Source: Caldisphaera sp. (lineage in GTDB: Archaea; Thermoproteota; Thermoprotei_A; Sulfolobales; Acidilobaceae). From it: a stretch of DNA of 13,123 nucleotides. Below the pieces are notes generated by a model, which was given only the letters and a program-made list of their open reading frames with translations, did no database searches and was not told the DNA's origin. Of the stretch, positions 7,019-13,123 are shown one piece after another. Position numbers and translations under genes: made by a program. The stretch is from positions 1-13,123 of the forward strand of contig JBMFKU010000029.1 of the NCBI GenBank assembly GCA_049971805.1, read 5' to 3'. Within the stretch, counting starts at the first letter, position 1. Every line of letters begins with the position of its first letter.

Positions 7019-7048
7019 ATTAATTTCTAGCTGCAGCAGAGAATATTA

Positions 7049-7846
7049 GTGGTATGCATAATGACATCTAAAGTAGAAGTTCCAGTAGACAATAATACCG
7101 AAAATATGCAGGCAATTTTTGCAGATAAAATATATAAAAAAATAGGTAATAAAGAGGTGCTAAAAGGAATAAGCCTTAAGGTAAACAAAGGAGAAGTTCA
7201 TGTAATTGCTGGTCATAATGGTGCAGGAAAAACAACTCTATTTAGGATTTTAGTAGGGTTAATAAAACATGATTCTGGCAAATTAAGCGTATTGGGATAC
7301 GATCCATATAAGTTTAGAGTTGAAATAAGTAAAATGCTTGGCTATGTTCCAGAAGATTCATCTCCATATGATAGACTAACTGGTTATGAAAACCTTAGAT
7401 TATTTGCGTTGTTGTATAGCAATGGTAATGAAGATTTGGCAGAGAAATTTATCAAAAAGGGTGCAGAAATATCTGAACTGAATGATGCAGATTTATCAAG
7501 AAAGGCTGGAGAATATAGCAATGGAATGAAAAAAAGATTATTAATAGGAAGATCCCTTATGCACAATCCAAAATTGGTATTATTAGATGAACCAACTAAT
7601 GGATTAGATGTTTTCTCTGCATATAAAATAAGGAAGTTAATAAGGTCAATGGCATCTGGCGGAACAACTTTTCTTATAGCTACCCATAATATGTCAGAGG
7701 CAGAAATATTAGCAGATAAAATAACATTCATTGCATACGGCTCAATAATTTATACTGGAACAATAAAGTCAGTAATAGAAGAGTTTAATTCAATAAACTT
7801 GGAAGAGGCATTTATTAAAGCCGTTGGTGAAAGTATTGAGGTCTAA
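7049..7846 (+). CDS. ABC transporter ATP-binding protein (NatA/CcmA-like exporter)
   Basis: Walker A GHNGAGKTT, signature YSNGMKKR, Walker B LVLLDEPT and H-loop ATH. The true start may be ATG at 7061 or 7106. Confidence 0.93.
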   Translation: MVCIMTSKVEVPVDNNTENMQAIFADKIYKKIGNKEVLKGISLKVNKGEVHVIAGHNGAGKTTLFRILVGLIKHDSGKLSVLGYDPYKFRVEISKMLGYVPEDSSPYDRLTGYENLRLFALLYSNGNEDLAEKFIKKGAEISELNDADLSRKAGEYSNGMKKRLLIGRSLMHNPKLVLLDEPTNGLDVFSAYKIRKLIRSMASGGTTFLIATHNMSEAEILADKITFIAYGSIIYTGTIKSVIEEFNSINLEEAFIKAVGESIEV

Positions 7847-9041
7847 GGCTATTATATGGAAAGAGCTACTAGACTTAAGCAGAGATAAAAAAACACTTGC
7901 GGCAATGATTATTATACCCTTTATCGGCTTGCCTGCGATTGCATTATTAGCAACCGGTTTAACTTCAACACAAACTACGACTGTTTATATAGAGGTATTA
8001 GATAAACAATCTATGAATTTATCTAAATTTATTTCCTATCAAATAATAAGTCAAGCAGAAAATGAAGGGTTGAAAGTAAATGTTACTATATCAAATGTAT
8101 CACCAAAAAGCATTTATAATATATTATTAATAATACCAGACGGTTTTTATTCGAATATATCTAAGATAGGTGGGATAGGTACAATTTATTTAAAAAGCCT
8201 TATTGGTAGTGTTCAGAGCTCAGAAGTAGAATCTATAATATACTCTGTAATTGGCCAGATACGAAATGATATTGTTATAAAAAGAGTAGAGTTTTTATCT
8301 AATGCATCAGGAATTAATGTTAGTGCATATAATATATTAAATCCAATCTCAGTTTTCACAGGTTATTACTTACCCTCAGGAAAGGCGGCTACATCATCTC
8401 AAGTAGAGCTATCATTTACAGCTAGAATGCTTGAATTTTCGCTTTTCTTTGTTGCAAATCCTGCAATAGTTTTTATGGGAGATAGCATTTTAGGTGAGAA
8501 AGAAAGGAAAACATTGGAAGCGTTGCTTTCAACTCCAGCCCCAAAAACAGCATTAATTACTGGAAAAATGTTTGCTTCTATAGTAATAGGTTTAATAACA
8601 GCTTTAGCAGATAGCGCAGGTGTTATAATCTATTTGTCACTAATATCTCCAGGTAGCCTTAAATTAACACCAGGCCTAATAATGGTAAATCTTGCTGTAA
8701 GCGCATTATTAGTAATTATGACATCCTCTATTATAACTCCTATAGTGTTAAGAAGTTCATCTGTAAGATCAGCCCAAGCTGTTTCATATATGGTAATGAT
8801 GGTTGCTTTAGGAATTTATTTTAGTGCGTTATTGGTAGATTTACAAAGATTACCTTTTTATGTAGAAATAGTTCTTTTAATTATACCATTTACTCATGCA
8901 GCTTTGGCTATTTCTAACTTTGTATTAGGTCAATATTTGAGTATGACAATAAACTTTGCTGTAATGATAGCTTTTATATTGCTTGGCCTGTACATATCAA
9001 TTAAATCATTTGATAGTGAAAAGTTGATATTAAGCAAATAA
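7836..9041 (+). CDS. ABC-2 type exporter permease (NatB-like)
   Basis: N-terminal WKELLDLSRDKKTL, one TM segment, an extracellular domain, GEKERKTLEALLSTP and further TM segments. SD GGTGA at 7826-7830 favours TTG at 7836 (ORF track start 7824). Confidence 0.88.
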   Translation: MRSKAIIWKELLDLSRDKKTLAAMIIIPFIGLPAIALLATGLTSTQTTTVYIEVLDKQSMNLSKFISYQIISQAENEGLKVNVTISNVSPKSIYNILLIIPDGFYSNISKIGGIGTIYLKSLIGSVQSSEVESIIYSVIGQIRNDIVIKRVEFLSNASGINVSAYNILNPISVFTGYYLPSGKAATSSQVELSFTARMLEFSLFFVANPAIVFMGDSILGEKERKTLEALLSTPAPKTALITGKMFASIVIGLITALADSAGVIIYLSLISPGSLKLTPGLIMVNLAVSALLVIMTSSIITPIVLRSSSVRSAQAVSYMVMMVALGIYFSALLVDLQRLPFYVEIVLLIIPFTHAALAISNFVLGQYLSMTINFAVMIAFILLGLYISIKSFDSEKLILSK

Positions 9042-9066
9042 TTTTATTTCTTAATTTATTAAAATA

Positions 9067-10440
9067 TTAAGGTCTTTTTTCTCTAGGCATTATTACTTCT
9101 TTAGGGGCTTTGTTGAAGGGTTCAAGATATTTTCTTAAAACCTTTGGAATAATTACTGATCCATCGGGTTGCTGATAATTTTCTAATATAGCAGTTATAG
9201 CTCTGGTAGAAGCTATTCCAGTGCTATTTAATGTATGTACATAATCCCTGATCATGCCTTTTCTTCTAATTAATCTTATGTTTAATCTATAGGCCTGCCA
9301 ATCTGTGCAATTGCTCGCACTTACCATTTCTCTAAATTTACCTTGACCTGGCATCCATACTTCTAAATCGTATTTCTTTACTGCACATGCTCCAAGGTCT
9401 CCAGATGCAATGTTGACAACTCTATATGGTAATTCTAGTCCCTGAAATATTTCTTCTGCATTTGAAATAATTTCTTCATGATATTTTTTGCTATCTTCAG
9501 GTAAAGAAAATATGAATTGCTCTACTTTATGGAATTGATGAACTCTAAATATACCTTTAAGATCTCTATTTCCTGCACCGGCCTCTTTTCTAAATGCTGG
9601 ACTTATACCAACATATTTTTTAGGTAGCTCATCATCATATAATTCGTCGTTATAGTATAATGCAGCTAAAGGATGCTCTGCTGTTGCTATCATATAAAGA
9701 TCTTCATTATCTATTTTATAGATTGCATCTTCAAATGTTGTTAAATCAATAACTGAGCTAATTACTTCATATCTTAACATATACGGAGGTAATACCAAGT
9801 TATATCCTTTACCTGTTAGCTTGTCTATTGCATATAGTAACAAGGAGAATTCTAACCAAACAACATCATCAAATAGATAATAAAACCTTGATCCAGCAAC
9901 CTCTCCTGCCTTTAATGTATCTCCAAGCTTTAAAGTGTTTTCTAACATATCTGCATGCCCAATAGGCTTGTAGTCAATAATTTCAAATTCAGGCCTAAAT
10001 CCGTATTTTTCTGTTTGCTCTTTAAAGTCATCTAAATATTCCTTATAAACCTTAGCTTTTCCCCAAAATCTTATTGGTACAGTCGCATCTTCTCCTCCTA
10101 TTGGAACGTCGTCAAAAACAATATTTGGTAACCCTCTTAAAGCTTTGTTTCTCTTTTCCTCTATTTCATTTAATTCCTTTTCAGCATTTTCTAACCTTGA
10201 TCTTAATTCTTTAGCTTGATCTAATAATTTCTTTTTTTCATCAGCTTTTGCTTTAACTATTTCTGAGCTCACTAAATTGTGTTGATGTCTTAATTCATTT
10301 ATTTCGGTTAAAATTTTTCTCCAATAATTGTCTAAATTTAATACTTCATCGACTATAGAAGGATCCATTTGCCTTTTTCTTATACTATCTTTTAATACTT
10401 CTGGATTATTTCTTAGCATTTCCAATATTGTCCAGGGCAC
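9067..10440 (-). CDS. serS: Seryl-tRNA synthetase (type 1)
   Basis: N-terminal coiled-coil arm, [14 protein letters not shown]…[27 protein letters not shown] and [15 protein letters not shown] start with SD GGTGAG at 10445-10450. Confidence 0.97.
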   Translation of the reverse strand: MPWTILEMLRNNPEVLKDSIRKRQMDPSIVDEVLNLDNYWRKILTEINELRHQHNLVSSEIVKAKADEKKKLLDQAKELRSRLENAEKELNEIEEKRNKALRGLPNIVFDDVPIGGEDATVPIRFWGKAKVYKEYLDDFKEQTEKYGFRPEFEIIDYKPIGHADMLENTLKLGDTLKAGEVAGSRFYYLFDDVVWLEFSLLLYAIDKLTGKGYNLVLPPYMLRYEVISSVIDLTTFEDAIYKIDNEDLYMIATAEHPLAALYYNDELYDDELPKKYVGISPAFRKEAGAGNRDLKGIFRVHQFHKVEQFIFSLPEDSKKYHEEIISNAEEIFQGLELPYRVVNIASGDLGACAVKKYDLEVWMPGQGKFREMVSASNCTDWQAYRLNIRLIRRKGMIRDYVHTLNSTGIASTRAITAILENYQQPDGSVIIPKVLRKYLEPFNKAPKEVIMPREKRP

Positions 10441-10548
10441 TTAACTCACCTTATAGTTTATTTTTGCAGATACTTTTATTGTTTATATTTTTAAATAATA
10501 GTTACAAAATATTTATTTAATACTAAAACTAAAAAATAATAATTAATT

Positions 10549-12957
10549 TTATCCAGTCCATTTATATAGAAAAACTATTACACTGTAGAAGTCAACGGCA
10601 CTTCCTGTATTAATATTGATAGGATTAGACACAAAGAATGCCACAGGCGCAAAATGCTGTAATGGTATTGGTGTAATTATTTGAGGTACAAACCCGCTCT
10701 GAGTAGCATAGGAAACTGCTGCTGGTTCAAAACTAGATGCATTTCTCAAGAAAATTGCATTTTGACCAAAAACCCCATATTGTTTCATATCTTGTATTCC
10801 ATTTAACATCATGCTATATATAACTGTATTTAGCACATTTGTAACATTTTGGGATGGAGTTCCAATAAATCCTGGGAATTGAATAAATGTAGCTCCTTGA
10901 TAAGTAGTTTCTGATGTATAATTAGTTAGTAAAGGTGATGATAAAAATGGATTAACTTTATATGCTATTCTAAGCATCTGATATGATTTAGCTATATCTC
11001 CCATACCATATGTTATCGCATATAGTTGTTCAGTTGGATTAATTGTTATTATATTCGGATATGGAAACATAACAACTTGACCTGTTGAGTTTTGATATTC
11101 TCCAACAAACACATCATAGGCTAGCAAATATGTGTTGTTTGGAATTGCATGCAGATAATTTAATAGCGCCGATGCTTCATCCGGATTACCTGTTAATATG
11201 CTTGCTAAGATTTGTATTTGGGTTCCATTTAATGTTGAACCATCAGCTACTGTAGTTCTATTGGAAACTACAGAGATCCAATAACCATAATCCCACCAAC
11301 TTATTATAAGGGATTTATTGCTTGTATTATATTTAAGATAATTTAGAGCAGATGTCCATGCGTTATTCAAAGGTACTATTGTTTCAGGACCTGTCGAGGT
11401 CTGTAATGAAAGTGGTTCCATCCAACTTGTGCTTAATGCTGGTGCCATGTATTGCATAGACACATAATCTTGGTACCCATAATATGCTCCAAATCCTATT
11501 ATTACTATTGCCAATAAAACGCCTATTATTAATGCAGATTTTTCTACTTCATGGCTTTCTTTCATTTCTTTAACGCGTTTTGTCTGCTTTATGTTAACTT
11601 GCTTCTTAAATGTGAATAATAAACCAATTGATAATCCTGCAGTTATATCGAAGAAGTAGTTTGCTGATGCTATAAAATATGATTCATTGATTGTTCCAAT
11701 TAAAAATAAAAATGCTATTATAAAGAGTACTAGCATTAAAGTTTCGCTAAGTGTACCTATTTTCTTTTTTATTAAATAATATATTAATATAATGAATCCG
11801 ATAATTGAAACAAATATTGCAGGTCCAAATGATTGAAATACCGTAGATAAGCTTGTACCGGCATACTCTGCTACTGTTAATGATAAAACAGAGGTTGTTG
11901 GTACAATACCTAGGGCTAGCAAGACTCTAGATGAGAAAGATAATATGTCTGAAAATATGGCTATTCCTAATATAGCTATACCAGCAATTATAACCCATAG
12001 ATGCACCTTATAATCAAACTTTCTCGTTATTCCTATTTTGTTTAAAGGTATTTTATCCATGTAAGTTTCAATAGCATACACTATTAATAGTACAGGTATT
12101 GCCAAACCCAAGCCCTTAACAAAATAATGTAATCCTACAGCAGGAGATAGAACTACAGGGATTGCATAGCCAATTGAAAGAATTAAATGTTTTAATAAGT
12201 TGTTTGTGTTAGGTTTTGAGATAAATGGATCTAATAAAATTATCAAGGATATCATTAAAGTTATATATTCATAGCCTCCCCATATCCATGCAACTGCTCC
12301 TGCTATTAATCCACCTATTAACAAATATATTAGTGATCTTATTCTTTTGTACGATTTATATCCTAGAACAACAAACAAAAAAGAAAGTGTGAAATAAGCT
12401 AATCCTGCGTTTGTTTTTCCTGGATAATCAACAAATGCCTTAAAAAGGAAAGATCCCGGATAAAATGCAAATGCAATTGTAGATGTTAAACCAGCAATTC
12501 TTGAATTAGTAAGCTTCCATATAACGAAGTATAAAACTATAGTATTTAGACCTGCTAAAAATACTGGCTGCAATGCTAATGTTTGGATTACATTTAAACT
12601 AAACTTGCTAGTAATTAGCTTTGTTACAGCTGCTATTAACATACCTCCTCCAACGTACTCTGTTTTTAGGAAATTTCTGCCCCATGGATACCAAAATAGC
12701 TTTACATCCTTAAGCCCAGCTAAATTAAAAATACCATTATGATAAAAATAGTTTGATAGCCAATATAAAATCCACGGGTCATTCCCATTTAATGTATTTA
12801 TACCATAAAGCTTTGCGGGTATTAACCTTAAGTATACTGTAATTGCCGTAACTATTATAGCTATTGCAATAGACAATATTGTTCCTAGCTCTTTATCAAA
12901 TAGGTTTAAGAAATTTTTAGATTCGAACTTTTGCTCCTTGTTTTTAATTTTACTCAA
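10549..12957 (-). CDS. aglB: Archaeal oligosaccharyltransferase AglB (STT3 family)
   Basis: Multi-pass N-terminal membrane domain with GNDP and TVAE motifs, WWDYG motif and DK motif (DIAKSYQM). TTG start with SD GGGGAG. Confidence 0.93.
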   Translation of the reverse strand: MSKIKNKEQKFESKNFLNLFDKELGTILSIAIAIIVTAITVYLRLIPAKLYGINTLNGNDPWILYWLSNYFYHNGIFNLAGLKDVKLFWYPWGRNFLKTEYVGGGMLIAAVTKLITSKFSLNVIQTLALQPVFLAGLNTIVLYFVIWKLTNSRIAGLTSTIAFAFYPGSFLFKAFVDYPGKTNAGLAYFTLSFLFVVLGYKSYKRIRSLIYLLIGGLIAGAVAWIWGGYEYITLMISLIILLDPFISKPNTNNLLKHLILSIGYAIPVVLSPAVGLHYFVKGLGLAIPVLLIVYAIETYMDKIPLNKIGITRKFDYKVHLWVIIAGIAILGIAIFSDILSFSSRVLLALGIVPTTSVLSLTVAEYAGTSLSTVFQSFGPAIFVSIIGFIILIYYLIKKKIGTLSETLMLVLFIIAFLFLIGTINESYFIASANYFFDITAGLSIGLLFTFKKQVNIKQTKRVKEMKESHEVEKSALIIGVLLAIVIIGFGAYYGYQDYVSMQYMAPALSTSWMEPLSLQTSTGPETIVPLNNAWTSALNYLKYNTSNKSLIISWWDYGYWISVVSNRTTVADGSTLNGTQIQILASILTGNPDEASALLNYLHAIPNNTYLLAYDVFVGEYQNSTGQVVMFPYPNIITINPTEQLYAITYGMGDIAKSYQMLRIAYKVNPFLSSPLLTNYTSETTYQGATFIQFPGFIGTPSQNVTNVLNTVIYSMMLNGIQDMKQYGVFGQNAIFLRNASSFEPAAVSYATQSGFVPQIITPIPLQHFAPVAFFVSNPININTGSAVDFYSVIVFLYKWTG

Positions 12958-13018
12958 ATTTTCTCCCCGCTTCTTCTAATCTGTGTATGTAAAATAAGTT
13001 GGGCGAACTATAAATAAT

Positions 13019-13123
13019 TTAATATCCTTTAGGTGTTTGGGCTTCATAAAATTTTTTAAATTTATATTCAATTCTCAGCCCTTGGGCTTCACCAAGGTCA
13101 CGAGGCATTGCCCAGTTCATATC
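13019..13123 (-). CDS. 3' end of an upstream gene (…DMNWAMPRDLGEAQGLRIEYKFKKFYEAQTPKGY*), product not identified
   Basis: Frame is open from the window edge to TAA at 13019-13021 and is co-oriented with aglB, 61 nt upstream of it. Confidence 0.6.
   Translation of the reverse strand, partial: DMNWAMPRDLGEAQGLRIEYKFKKFYEAQTPKGY

Noticed and set aside
7384-7731. 115-aa minus-strand ORF
   Set aside because: Antisense to the ABC ATPase.
10441-10548. tRNA or structured RNA between aglB and serS
   Set aside because: Extremely AT-rich with no stable stems. Consistent with an ordinary terminator plus promoter.

Overview
AT-rich (roughly 30% GC by eye) archaeal chromosomal window. GGTGA/GAGG ribosome-binding sites, frequent TTG/GTG starts, an archaeal-type CoaBC and a TACK-like AglB point to a crenarchaeon, possibly Acidilobales/Desulfurococcales-like (inference). 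The content is mostly housekeeping: an FdhE-like accessory protein, a small membrane protein, a beta-lactamase-fold nuclease, uridine phosphorylase, coaBC-nadE, an uncharacterised possible winged-helix protein divergent from a NatAB-like ABC exporter, serS and aglB, with truncated genes at both edges. I see no CRISPR array, tRNA/rRNA or intact mobile element, and no convincing complete novel system. The most unusual signals are intergenic. They include a purK-like relic, a PIN-like relic with an internal duplication, an orphan SD plus mini-ORF, and twin palindromes sharing a CACATATAA core. AglB also has a variant double-sequon motif.
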